This document shows positions 17,424 through 26,496 of a DNA stretch of 64,000 nucleotides, piece after piece (the first letter of the stretch is position 1; the number at the start of each line of letters is the position of its first letter). Source of the stretch: a virus. Below the pieces are notes generated by a model. That model had not been told where the DNA came from, did no database searches, and worked only from the letters and a program-made list of their open reading frames with translations. The position numbers were made by a program, and so were the translations under genes. The DNA lies in IMG/VR virus record IMGVR_UViG_3300025133_000022, positions 96,001 through 160,000 of that record; one strand, given 5' to 3'.

Positions 17424-18095
17424 ATGAACTTACTAAAAATCGGAACCAACACAAAATTAGGCAAGGGTATCGCGGGCTTTTCGCTGCCCGCGATATCAAC
17501 TTGTCCAGGACGCACAGCATTGTGTGAAGGAATTTGTTATGCAACAAGCGGATTTTTCCGTTTTAGGAACGTACGTACGTCACTACAGAGGTCTCTTAAG
17601 GCTGCTGGGGATGATGGATTTGCCACTATCATCAGCAGTGAAATTAGCAGGAGACGAAGCATTAAAGCGGTGCGCATTCACCCCGCTGGTGACTTCTATA
17701 GCGTTGAATATATCAACAAGTGGATTAAAATCGTTACAGACAACCCCAATACCAGCTTCTGGGCTTACACCAGAAGCTGGAGAGTCCCCAAACTTGTCCC
17801 AGGACTCAAGGAGCTCGGAGAGCTCCCCAACATTGAACTCTTCGCCAGCATTGACGAAGAATCAGGGCGCCAACAGAAAACAGAGAAGAGCACAGCAGCT
17901 AGAACTCAAAAGGTTTCTAAAGTCCCTCCGAAGTGGCTCCGCACTGCGGACGTTGTCGATAGCTGGAAAGAAGTAGACAGCACCTACGTCCAGTGTCCTA
18001 ATCTAAAAAATAAAACCATTACGTGTGCTAAGTGCACGTACTGTTTTAAGCCCGCAGGAGGCAAGAAAATGAACGTAGTCTTCACCAAACACTGA
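17424..18095 (+). CDS. Gp88-like Cys-rich (putative Fe-S) phage protein
   Basis: FSLPAISTCPG...CEGICYA, RIHPAGDFYS, FWAYTRSW and C-terminal CP...CAKCTYC. Confidence 0.75.
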   Translation: MNLLKIGTNTKLGKGIAGFSLPAISTCPGRTALCEGICYATSGFFRFRNVRTSLQRSLKAAGDDGFATIISSEISRRRSIKAVRIHPAGDFYSVEYINKWIKIVTDNPNTSFWAYTRSWRVPKLVPGLKELGELPNIELFASIDEESGRQQKTEKSTAARTQKVSKVPPKWLRTADVVDSWKEVDSTYVQCPNLKNKTITCAKCTYCFKPAGGKKMNVVFTKH

Positions 18096-18102
18096 GGAAC
18101 TC

Positions 18103-18369
18103 ATGAACGCAACCGAAGCAAGAAGACTCCAAGATGCTTTCTTTATGAGCCAGCAGCTCGACATGGATAGCATCCTGTCCGAAATCAAGAAAAAAGCTGC
18201 TCAAGGCTACGACAGCATTAGCATCGATGTTGCCAGCATCGACTCCAGGGCCGTAGCCAGAATCGTAAAACAAACCACAATCAAACTACAGAACCTAGGG
18301 TTCACCTGCAAGTACCACGCACATAGTGGACGCAACGAAACAACAAGATACATAGAGGTCACCTGGTAA
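18103..18369 (+). CDS. hypothetical protein
   Basis: GAGG RBS; coupled to next ORF. Confidence 0.7.
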   Translation: MNATEARRLQDAFFMSQQLDMDSILSEIKKKAAQGYDSISIDVASIDSRAVARIVKQTTIKLQNLGFTCKYHAHSGRNETTRYIEVTW

Positions 18370-18695
18370 TGTACACAATTACAATCTTGACCAAGAGTGG
18401 CAACACAGCCATTCACAACGTCAGCGAATACGTATTCCAGTCATTCAAGGATTGGTTAATTGATGGAGAAGGCACAGCCAAAACGAACAGCACAATGTTC
18501 CAAGATGGCCTTCCAAACAATCTCAATAACGGCTACCATCAGAAGCCATGCAACATCTTCCTGTTCTCCGATGGAGCAATCCAACGGGACAACATCGATA
18601 CCATTAGCTGGGGAGAACTAGTCAAGCAGCCAGCGACAGTACCGCGTCAACGTATCGAAATGCTTGACAAGCACCCTGACGCGGTGAGCAATTGA
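18369..18695 (+). CDS. hypothetical protein
   Basis: TAATG overlap with the previous ORF. Confidence 0.7.
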   Translation: MYTITILTKSGNTAIHNVSEYVFQSFKDWLIDGEGTAKTNSTMFQDGLPNNLNNGYHQKPCNIFLFSDGAIQRDNIDTISWGELVKQPATVPRQRIEMLDKHPDAVSN

Positions 18696-19015
18696 GCAAA
18701 CTAGAAGACGCAGGGTGGGATGCCTTCCGAAACGAAGGCATGCTTTGGTGGATCAACAGGATCCTACACACCTTCGGGTGGAGTATCATCATGTCCTACG
18801 ACGAGCAAAACAACTTCATCAAAGCATTCCCAGCCAGAACAACTTGGCTGGACTTCGATGAAGAAACCAATAAGCGCAGACTCAAGCAGTTTCAAAACAA
18901 GGGTAGTGTACCAAACCCCAACGCCCTCACTGAAACAGCAAAACAAAAACAGTCGGTAGATCCGACAGGAGAAACAAATGAGCAACACATTAGAAACCAG
19001 AAGTATACCAAGTGA
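18692..19015 (+). CDS. conserved-looking phage hypothetical protein
   Basis: TTG start. WDAFRNEGMLWWINRILHTFGW...FPAR resembles a recurring phage family (from recall). Confidence 0.6.
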   Translation: MSKLEDAGWDAFRNEGMLWWINRILHTFGWSIIMSYDEQNNFIKAFPARTTWLDFDEETNKRRLKQFQNKGSVPNPNALTETAKQKQSVDPTGETNEQHIRNQKYTK

Positions 19016-19535
19016 CCTTAAGGTTGGAGATCGACTCAGTCGAGTCAGCTACATGAAGATTCTTGGCAAGAGGGGTAACAACTTCTCTGTTGAGAACGAA
19101 GAAGGTATGACCTGGACCGTCGCTGGCTCTATCCTTCAAAACGAAGCCTTCAGCGCAACTCAATTCACTAAGGAACGCGAGGTATCTCGTACTGAAATGG
19201 TTGAGGCCCTTGAAAGCGCTGGTGACAGTGTCTTCACCGTCGTGTTTGACAAAAAGGTTAGTCAGAAATCCATCGCTCAAGAAATCACTGACCTTCAAGC
19301 AGACGAAGAAGGCTTTCAGACTATGAGCAAGCGAGACATCAACAAGTTGGCCAAAACCCTACTAGCAGGTACAGAACGGCGCCTTGTCGGCTATCTAGCA
19401 AGCACTGAGCCAAAGATGGGTCGCAGTACCGTAGTTGATCTTGAGATCGCCACAGATAAGCACAGGCTTCGTCTCGTGGACCACAGGACCATCAAGGAGC
19501 TAGTGCTTCGTAACGTTCGTTACACACTGAAGTAG
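18978..19535 (+). CDS. hypothetical protein (SH3/WYL-like beta fold possible)
   Basis: AGGAG RBS; VFTVVFDKK...RRLVG...VVDLEI...RLVDHRTI. Confidence 0.75.
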   Translation: MSNTLETRSIPSDLKVGDRLSRVSYMKILGKRGNNFSVENEEGMTWTVAGSILQNEAFSATQFTKEREVSRTEMVEALESAGDSVFTVVFDKKVSQKSIAQEITDLQADEEGFQTMSKRDINKLAKTLLAGTERRLVGYLASTEPKMGRSTVVDLEIATDKHRLRLVDHRTIKELVLRNVRYTLK

Positions 19536-19539
19536 TCCA

Positions 19540-19815
19540 ATGGCCAGCACACCAGCATCAGTCGTTAATCACGCTGTGGTGGAGCTGACCGGACTGGGGA
19601 GGAAGCTGTCGTTCACAGTGATCGGCAGCGACTCCCCAGAGCTCCCTCCGGGGAGCTCTTTCGTTTGCCCAGGCCATGTGTGGTCTGCAGCATTCGCCGG
19701 CAACCACCCGCACGTCAAGTGCGATATCCAGCCAGGACACGTCTACTTCGTAGGCAAGCTAAAGACATTCTGCGCACAGAATGCATGGGGCAGAGAATGG
19801 AGACCATTTAGATGA
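19540..19815 (+). CDS. hypothetical protein
   Basis: 91 aa in a tightly packed run. Confidence 0.6.
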   Translation: MASTPASVVNHAVVELTGLGRKLSFTVIGSDSPELPPGSSFVCPGHVWSAAFAGNHPHVKCDIQPGHVYFVGKLKTFCAQNAWGREWRPFR

Positions 19816-20090
19816 AAACCACACCACTAGGCGAGACCTTTACCGGCGTCCTCGAATTCGACGGCGGCATGTACAACAACAGGAGTAGTTGGCTTGTAGT
19901 CAACAGTGACAATCCAAACGTCGCCCCAGGCATGCGATGCCGCGCCATGAACAGCAGACTTGAAACCCTCTTTGAGGGCAAGAGAAAGAACTACAGCTTT
20001 GGCACCGCGCCCAATGGGCGCTTATTTATCACGGGTCGCTTCAAGACCAGGATGCTATACGGCAGTGCCCTCACGGTGCCTCATGCTTAA
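19812..20090 (+). CDS. hypothetical protein
   Basis: GGAG RBS; 92 aa. Confidence 0.65.
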   Translation: MKTTPLGETFTGVLEFDGGMYNNRSSWLVVNSDNPNVAPGMRCRAMNSRLETLFEGKRKNYSFGTAPNGRLFITGRFKTRMLYGSALTVPHA

Positions 20091-20325
20091 AGAAGACGTA
20101 TTTAAGATCGCGCGGGAAGCGTGTGCGGAAAGTCCTTGCTGGCTAAGAGTGAGCACAGAGTACTCTGGAAAGTTCATCAAGCTGCAAGTTGTTCATCACG
20201 CGCCTCACAAAAGCATACAAGATAGCATTACCATGAGCATCGACCCAGCTTGGGAAAGAGAGTTCATTGTCAAAAGCATTACAAGCACTGTCGACAGGTT
20301 GATTAAATATATTGGAAACAAATGA
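20083..20325 (+). CDS. hypothetical protein
   Basis: Start re-set to ATG 20083, overlapping the previous stop. Confidence 0.55.
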   Translation: MLKEDVFKIAREACAESPCWLRVSTEYSGKFIKLQVVHHAPHKSIQDSITMSIDPAWEREFIVKSITSTVDRLIKYIGNK

Positions 20326-20537
20326 CACTAAGCGAATTAAAAACACGACTTGAAGAAACTGATCAAGAACTCATCAGGGCAACAACTGATGATATGGTTG
20401 TTGACGAAATGTTAGCTCAAGCAAGCAGTATTAACAACAGTTGCATAAACGATATAGTCGACTTCCTGCTAGAAAGTGGCTACCAAATTAAAGAATTGGT
20501 AGAAAAGTTAGAAAGTACAGGAGTGTTGAATGCATGA
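20322..20537 (+). CDS. small acidic helical protein
   Basis: 71 aa; ATGA overlap. Confidence 0.65.
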   Translation: MTLSELKTRLEETDQELIRATTDDMVVDEMLAQASSINNSCINDIVDFLLESGYQIKELVEKLESTGVLNA

Positions 20538-20841
20538 CATGCTAGGTAAGGTAATCGCTAATGGTGATGTAGTTCTGTTCCTCAAGGACGGGTACCACGG
20601 CGCCAGTCACATGGTGGGTGTAGTTGAACGCCAGACTCCTAAGAGAGTGCGGGTCTTCGCTGCCCCTCTACCACAGAAGAAAGACGACTGGGTTCCTAAG
20701 AGCACTAGCAAGACACCAGGCAAGCTCCTGGTTGTGACAGGAGCTACTGGAGTTGTTGGCCATCCTGTTACTCAAAAACTAATTGCGTTACTCAAGGAGA
20801 GTAAAGATGAAAATTCACGAAGCAATTCCTCACGGACTTGA
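20530..20841 (+). CDS. hypothetical protein (KOW/SH3-like N-terminus)
   Basis: DMLGKVIANGDVVLF...VGVVERQTPKRVRV. Confidence 0.65.
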   Translation: MHDMLGKVIANGDVVLFLKDGYHGASHMVGVVERQTPKRVRVFAAPLPQKKDDWVPKSTSKTPGKLLVVTGATGVVGHPVTQKLIALLKESKDENSRSNSSRT

Positions 20842-21049
20842 AGAGCAAGTCAAATTCGTGGGAACTATAAGGTTGCTGCAGGGATATACAATTATCGACA
20901 TCGTCGATCTTCCAGACAAGCATCCAGGCAAAAGCATTTACGCTGAGGACCCTGCTCGCGGGTGGGCCTTTACCTACCTGTATAAAAGCATGCTAGAGGA
21001 AAACAGGCGAATCATTCATGCAATCACAAAGGAGAGTGAGTGTGAGTAA
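20807..21049 (+). CDS. hypothetical protein
   Basis: AAGGAG RBS before ATG 20807. Confidence 0.65.
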   Translation: MKIHEAIPHGLEEQVKFVGTIRLLQGYTIIDIVDLPDKHPGKSIYAEDPARGWAFTYLYKSMLEENRRIIHAITKESECE

Positions 21050-21302
21050 CCTGGTCCTAACGGCAAGCCAAGCAGCAGAAGCCAACTTGTGTTGGGGCGG
21101 CACCCTCACTGAAGAATCTCTCGTAATTAACCGCCTGGCAGCTACTGTCAGTTACCTTTATAAAAAACTTGAAGACAGACCCTTGGGTCTGGACAAAGAG
21201 ACTATTGCAAAAGCCATCAACTCCGAACTGGACTGGCTAACACTCGACCAATGTCGTTATGCAGCCAACTGCGTAGTAACGGCAATCCAAGAAGAAGGAT
21301 GA
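21042..21302 (+). CDS. hypothetical protein
   Basis: GTG 21042 with AAGGAG upstream. Confidence 0.6.
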   Translation: MSNLVLTASQAAEANLCWGGTLTEESLVINRLAATVSYLYKKLEDRPLGLDKETIAKAINSELDWLTLDQCRYAANCVVTAIQEEG

Positions 21303-21305
21303 AAA

Positions 21306-22169
21306 ATGAATATGAATAAAGAAATGGCACTTGAGCAATGGGGCAAGCCCCAAACAGTAGACAGGGACGGCTTCGTACGCCTTGTAGACTACATGGGCAA
21401 CGATACAGCTATCACAGATGCTGCACGAGTTAGTTACGGAGCTGGCACCAAGACTGTTCGAGAAGACACTCAGCTACTACGATTCCTGATGCGTAACGAA
21501 CACTTTAGTCCGTTCGCCATGTGTCAGGTGAAGCTGCACGTACGCTTGCCTATCTTTGTGCATGCGCAATTTGTCAGACACGACAGGTTCCATTGGAATG
21601 TAATGAGCGCCAGATACTCTGAAATGCCTACTAAGAGTTGGCAGCCTGGAGTAAAAGACATACGCGGGCAAGGCAAAGGTAATAAGCAGGTTGGAAACGG
21701 TAAGATGAGCTGGGATGAACAAAACAAAGCCCAGCTAGACATCTCAAATGCCTACCATGTGGGCAGGCTAGCCTATAAGACACTTCTTAAAGATGGAGTG
21801 TGTCGAGAACAAGCGCGAACCGTACTTCCCATGGGTCAGTACACAGAAGCATACGTCACAGCCAATCTGGGTGATTGGCTACTGTTCCTGAAAGCAAGAC
21901 TGAGTTCCCATGCTCAGTTAGAAATCGGGTTATTCGCCGAGGCTATCTTCAAAATGTTCAAAGACCTGTTCCCCGTCACTATGGAAGCTTTTGCTGACTA
22001 CCAGCTGTGTGGAGTAAAAATGTCTGCGCAGGAAATGGAGTGGATTCGTGATGCCCTCAGCCCAATGGTTGAAGTGCTTAAGGACAATCCAAGCACCAGA
22101 GCCAACAGCCTCTCCGGGTCTATCAAGAACAAGAGAGAACGCCTTGACTTCTGGAGAAAGATCACGTGA
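21306..22169 (+). CDS. thyX: flavin-dependent thymidylate synthase (variant motif)
   Basis: DAARVSY, HFSPF, RH...SARYS, REQARTVLP, HAQLEI. Confidence 0.9.
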   Translation: MNMNKEMALEQWGKPQTVDRDGFVRLVDYMGNDTAITDAARVSYGAGTKTVREDTQLLRFLMRNEHFSPFAMCQVKLHVRLPIFVHAQFVRHDRFHWNVMSARYSEMPTKSWQPGVKDIRGQGKGNKQVGNGKMSWDEQNKAQLDISNAYHVGRLAYKTLLKDGVCREQARTVLPMGQYTEAYVTANLGDWLLFLKARLSSHAQLEIGLFAEAIFKMFKDLFPVTMEAFADYQLCGVKMSAQEMEWIRDALSPMVEVLKDNPSTRANSLSGSIKNKRERLDFWRKIT

Positions 22170-22411
22170 CACTCGAGGACTTTAATGAAGCCTGGAGCAC
22201 CTACTGCCGAGAAGCTTCTGCATTAGCCTCCAGGTATTCAGGACAATCAAAGACCGAGCACTTACTCAATCAAATGTATTGCGAGTACGCGACACTGCAC
22301 CAGAGATTTATCAAGCAAGGCTGTAGCCTAGCCTTCATCTGGCCTAGGTTCCATGGAGTCGACAAGGCTAGCTTTGAACTGATGGTAAACCCTGTGCGGA
22401 CTCACGAATAG
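22166..22411 (+). CDS. hypothetical protein
   Basis: GTG overlapping the thyX stop. Confidence 0.6.
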   Translation: MTLEDFNEAWSTYCREASALASRYSGQSKTEHLLNQMYCEYATLHQRFIKQGCSLAFIWPRFHGVDKASFELMVNPVRTHE

Positions 22412-22419
22412 GAAAAACA

Positions 22420-22866
22420 ATGGATAGCAAACAAATCGACAACGAATTAAAAAAAATTGAGAGAGAAATCAAATACCTAAAACGTTTACTGGAAAACAGA
22501 AGATTCTTATCTGAATCACCAAGTGTGGTTTTAAGCGAAACCAAAAACAGACTTGAGTCAGCAGAATGTCGCAAAGCCAGCTTACTCCAGCAACCAGAAG
22601 CAAAGACTTTCCAAAAATCTATCACTGGGTACAAAATCACAGCTACTAAGGAACCCGTTCAGTGGGGTCCTATTGAGATTAACAGCGAGCAAAAGCGAGA
22701 CCCTGACTTGATTAAAATATACTTCAAGCAACGAGGTGCAAGTAAGAACGGGAACGGCTACAAGCGTGGAGCTGCTCTAACTCTAACTGAAGAAGCACTG
22801 GAAAACTTGATGAGCCACATTCCAGAGCACGGAACCTACCCTCATCTACGACTAGAGAGACAGTAA
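22420..22866 (+). CDS. protein with N-terminal ValRS C-terminal tRNA-binding coiled-coil arm plus unknown domain
   Basis: ELKKIEREIKYLKRLLENRRFLSESPSVV...RLE...KASL matches the ValRS arm pattern E..KIE.EI......L.N..F....P..V. Confidence 0.7.
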   Translation: MDSKQIDNELKKIEREIKYLKRLLENRRFLSESPSVVLSETKNRLESAECRKASLLQQPEAKTFQKSITGYKITATKEPVQWGPIEINSEQKRDPDLIKIYFKQRGASKNGNGYKRGAALTLTEEALENLMSHIPEHGTYPHLRLERQ

Positions 22867-23168
22867 TGACTAAAAAAACACTCATTCTAACTCCTATTAG
22901 TGGTGCTGACGGGCAGTTAATTCAAGTAGGAGACAACATTGTCTGTACTAGAAAAAACAGTGGTGTTTTGTTTTTTGGCATATATCAGGGATTCACTACC
23001 TCTGACAGCACTAGTCGCAAACAGTATGACTTCCCTAACAACATCAATAGAAGCTATAGATTCTATTATAAATGGAATACGTATGATCATGAGTACATCT
23101 GTGAAAAGGAATGGTGTTTGCCAAACTCTGTAGTAGAGCCAAAAGCCAGAAGAATGTTGAAAAGATAA
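22866..23168 (+). CDS. hypothetical protein
   Basis: TAATG overlap; 100 aa. Confidence 0.65.
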   Translation: MTKKTLILTPISGADGQLIQVGDNIVCTRKNSGVLFFGIYQGFTTSDSTSRKQYDFPNNINRSYRFYYKWNTYDHEYICEKEWCLPNSVVEPKARRMLKR

Positions 23169-23180
23169 ACAAGTGAGAAA

Positions 23181-23738
23181 ATGAAAACCATTGTAATTAA
23201 TCTATTTGGAGGTCCGGGTGCTGGCAAAAGCACCCTAGCCTCCGAGTTGTACGTGCTGATGAAACGCCAGGGCCTATCAGTTGAGCTCGTACGAGAGTAC
23301 GCAAAAGACTGGGCATACCAAGACAAGCACATCGACACCCTGATGAAACAAACATACATCCTTGCCAAGCAAGCTCAACGAGAGTCCAGCCTGTATTGGA
23401 AAGTGAAGTACATCATCACCGACTGCCCTATGGCTCTGAGTGGATTCTATGCTCAAAAGTATCTTGGTACACCAGCCATGAGCGTACTGATGCTGGAATT
23501 CCTACGAGAAGCTGAACGCGCAGATATTAAGCACGTGTACTTCCAAGTACCAAGAAAGAAAGAATACAACCCAAATGGCAGGTACGAAAACGAGGCTGAT
23601 GCTATCGCTATTGACCAAGAACAAGCCACATACTTCGGGAACTTCTTCAACCCCATAAAACTGGAGGGACCAGACAACGAGTTGGCCCTCCAGATCTATC
23701 ACACACTAAGGATTCAAGAACAATGCACGCAATGCTAG
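23181..23738 (+). CDS. P-loop NTPase/kinase, NadR/AAA_28-like
   Basis: INLFGGPGAGKST, ELVREYAKDW, IITDCP. Confidence 0.8.
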   Translation: MKTIVINLFGGPGAGKSTLASELYVLMKRQGLSVELVREYAKDWAYQDKHIDTLMKQTYILAKQAQRESSLYWKVKYIITDCPMALSGFYAQKYLGTPAMSVLMLEFLREAERADIKHVYFQVPRKKEYNPNGRYENEADAIAIDQEQATYFGNFFNPIKLEGPDNELALQIYHTLRIQEQCTQC

Positions 23739-24253
23739 ATATTGAGACACTGGGTACTGGTCCAGACGCCCCTGTGCTTAGCGCAGCAGTTGTCTTCTTT
23801 GACCCAGAAACAGAAAAGACATTCGAACAGGCAAAATTCATATTCAATGTAACTTTGCAAACTACTCGAGTCATTGATTTCACCACCGTCACATGGTGGA
23901 TTAACCAAAGCCCAGAAGCCAGAGCTCACTGGATGAATGTAAAAGAATACAATACCCTCGAACAATTCGTGCAGTTTTGCGAAACCCATAGCAAAGTAAC
24001 TTGGTGGGCTAACAGTCCAGCATTCGATGAAGTTATCATGAGCTCGTTGCTCCGTGACGCTGATGAACGAGTTCCTTGGAAATTCTGGACCTGGCGTGAC
24101 GTCAGAACCATTAGGAACTTCCTATTCAACCAAACAAAACCAAACAACAATAACGTGCACGACCCTCTAGCAGATTGTCTTGCTCAGATCGAACTTGTGA
24201 ATAGGTTTTATGCTCAGCAAGCCATGGTAGCCATACTCCAGGAGCAAAAATGA
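23723..24253 (+). CDS. 3'-5' exonuclease (DEDD, RNase T-like / exonuclease VIII N-terminal type)
   Basis: MLDIETLG, WW..QS.EAR, WANSPAFD, WRDVRT, HDPLADC. Confidence 0.85.
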   Translation: MHAMLDIETLGTGPDAPVLSAAVVFFDPETEKTFEQAKFIFNVTLQTTRVIDFTTVTWWINQSPEARAHWMNVKEYNTLEQFVQFCETHSKVTWWANSPAFDEVIMSSLLRDADERVPWKFWTWRDVRTIRNFLFNQTKPNNNNVHDPLADCLAQIELVNRFYAQQAMVAILQEQK

Positions 24254-24855
24254 TTGTACAACACAGCATTGGAAGCGGATTTGTTCCACAAATCACAAGC
24301 ACAATGATCAATAAATTCGAAGTAGTTCATGTAAAGAGTTTTACTCAAGACAGTGCTAAAGAATTTGCAGAAGCCATCGCGAGAGCATGCGAAACAGGTC
24401 AAACCTTCATCCCGGTAGTTGTTAACAGCTATGGTGGTCAAGTCCATGCGCTTATGTCCATGATAGATACTATGGAGGCTTGCAAACTTCCCATCTATAC
24501 GATCGCACAAGGTGTGGCTATGAGTTGCGGTAGCTTTCTTCTAGCTTTTGGCGATCAGCGTTACTCTACTCCGAATAGTACTATTATGATTCATAGTATT
24601 GCTCTTGGAGCCATGGGCAAACTAGCTGATATTGAAAGCAGCACTGCACACGGACGTGTGCTTAGCACTAAGTTATGGAGCAGATTAGATCGACGTTGCG
24701 GACAAAAACAGGGTTTCTTTGAAGCTCTTATGAAAAACAACGAAAATGCTGACCTGTACCTAACAGCCAAGCAGGCAAAGAAATTCAACCTGATTGACAA
24801 GGTCAAGACTCCAGCTGTTCAAATAACAGCTACAGTCACCTATAAATTCAATTGA
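24250..24855 (+). CDS. clpP: ClpP-like protease subunit 1 (triad intact)
   Basis: VNSYGG, AMSCG (Ser), IMIH (His), DLYLTA (Asp), NLIDKV. Confidence 0.85.
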   Translation: MIVQHSIGSGFVPQITSTMINKFEVVHVKSFTQDSAKEFAEAIARACETGQTFIPVVVNSYGGQVHALMSMIDTMEACKLPIYTIAQGVAMSCGSFLLAFGDQRYSTPNSTIMIHSIALGAMGKLADIESSTAHGRVLSTKLWSRLDRRCGQKQGFFEALMKNNENADLYLTAKQAKKFNLIDKVKTPAVQITATVTYKFN

Positions 24856-24861
24856 GGAACC

Positions 24862-25431
24862 ATGAAAGAACTACTTAAGAAAGCCATCGCAAAACTAAAC
24901 TCGATTGTTAATAAGCCAACTGGCCCAACAGTCGAAGAATTAATCGCAGACGGCATTAAACAAACAGCAACAAGCTTCAGTGACTCTTATAGTGAAAAAC
25001 AATCACTACTACGCTCTGCTTCACGCCATGCTAGTTTTGCAGGCACAGACATCAGACTGTATATTAGTGATGCGCCATTCGACTTAACGAAGTACACCAC
25101 ATACGAAACCTACAGCACAGCACAATCTATAAGGTGGAATATTGGCCCCAACGACGCAATGGCCAATGGTGTTGTCAAAAGTATTAATTTTGGAAGCTTA
25201 CCACCTGACATTGAAGAGAAATATTTAACAGTTTTTGGTGTCAATGAATATGGTGACTACTCTGTTATTGCTGCCTTTAGAATAGAAAAAGTTACACAAA
25301 TGAATTCTCAGACCTCTGTCGACGATCTCTTCTTAGAACGAAACGTCATGTGGGTTGGCGAATACCTTCGTAATTCGGTAACACAAACAGAAAACTGGTC
25401 AAAAAGGAGTGACAATGACACCAGAAACTAG
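24862..25431 (+). CDS. hypothetical protein with tail-tube-like motifs
   Basis: SFAGTDI, NEYG and SVDDL..E resemble large-myovirus tail-tube proteins (recalled consensus). Confidence 0.5.
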   Translation: MKELLKKAIAKLNSIVNKPTGPTVEELIADGIKQTATSFSDSYSEKQSLLRSASRHASFAGTDIRLYISDAPFDLTKYTTYETYSTAQSIRWNIGPNDAMANGVVKSINFGSLPPDIEEKYLTVFGVNEYGDYSVIAAFRIEKVTQMNSQTSVDDLFLERNVMWVGEYLRNSVTQTENWSKRSDNDTRN

Positions 25432-25891
25432 CGGATGGAAAAACTATTGGCTTGATGTCAGAAGCCCACTGGCACCCAAAGAAGCAATTGTACTGCATAC
25501 AGACAAAGATCCACATGTAGCCACAGAGGCAATTATAAACGGCTTGTGTGCCGGACTCGCTATACCAAAAAAAGTAGATAAGTGGTGGGGGTACGAGCTA
25601 CACTTTCGTAACGACGATTTGTATTGTATGAAACTACTACACTTCGAGCATGGTGGCTGCACCAGCATGCATTTTCATGTAGGCAAACATGAAACTCTTT
25701 TGGTCGTAAGCGGAGTCCTTACAGTAGAAACCATACACAACAAACAAAGTGTCTTCAGGAGACTAGGGCCTGGGTCGGCCCTAGTCACGCCACCAGGATT
25801 TATACACAGGCTTATTGCTGCAGAAGGTGCGGTGGATATAATTGAAGCCTCAACAAAAGACCATGATGACGACAGTGTAAGAATCGCATAA
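25415..25891 (+). CDS. cupin (mannose-6-phosphate isomerase / sugar-nucleotide-associated type)
   Basis: KKVDKWWGYE, YCMKLL, TSMHFHVGKHET, PPGFIHRL, IIEAST...DDSVRI. Confidence 0.82.
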   Translation: MTPETSGWKNYWLDVRSPLAPKEAIVLHTDKDPHVATEAIINGLCAGLAIPKKVDKWWGYELHFRNDDLYCMKLLHFEHGGCTSMHFHVGKHETLLVVSGVLTVETIHNKQSVFRRLGPGSALVTPPGFIHRLIAAEGAVDIIEASTKDHDDDSVRIA

Positions 25892-25942
25892 CCTTTTCGA
25901 AAGAACGTATTGTCATCAACATAATCAAATGAAGGAGAGAGA

Positions 25943-26260
25943 ATGATCTACAAAAAGAAACACAGTGAGGTGCAAGGCCTCTGGTGTCGCAAGAATAAAG
26001 TATTCTATTATTTTGAATCAGGAGTACACAGCATCAGAAATCCTCTTGATCGCATCAAGAACACCCTAGTTAGTCGAGGGCTCTTGGCGTGGGACATAGA
26101 GGGGACTAAACTCCACGAAGAGCCTGTAGTAAGAATGAGCTGGGCAGAAGCTGAGGAGCGCGGATACAAGGCAGAAGCAATCTACTTTAGCTCACATATC
26201 AAAGCACAAGTTGAGATGGCTCAAGGTGGCAAGAAACCAACCAAGAATCCGTGGGGCTAA
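25943..26260 (+). CDS. hypothetical protein
   Basis: AAGGAG RBS; 105 aa. Confidence 0.7.
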   Translation: MIYKKKHSEVQGLWCRKNKVFYYFESGVHSIRNPLDRIKNTLVSRGLLAWDIEGTKLHEEPVVRMSWAEAEERGYKAEAIYFSSHIKAQVEMAQGGKKPTKNPWG

Positions 26261-26262
26261 TC

Positions 26263-26496
26263 ATGAACAAACGACAGATTCGAGCACTTGAGGCAGCAGG
26301 ACGATGCACACTATTTGCTATCGAAGACCTAGAGCAAGAGCTACTTGTAATAACGGAGCGAAAAAAACAAATTGTCCAACTGTTAAGCGAAAGGAGAGAG
26401 GAGCTTGCCCTCCTCTCTGACAAGGTATCGCTTAATTTAACTGCACCTACTTGGGTGTCCAGAACAACAACAAATGAACCTAAACCAAAGACTTAA
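26263..26496 (+). CDS. small coiled-coil protein
   Basis: ATG 26263; LEQELLVITERKKQIVQLL. Confidence 0.55.
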   Translation: MNKRQIRALEAAGRCTLFAIEDLEQELLVITERKKQIVQLLSERREELALLSDKVSLNLTAPTWVSRTTTNEPKPKT

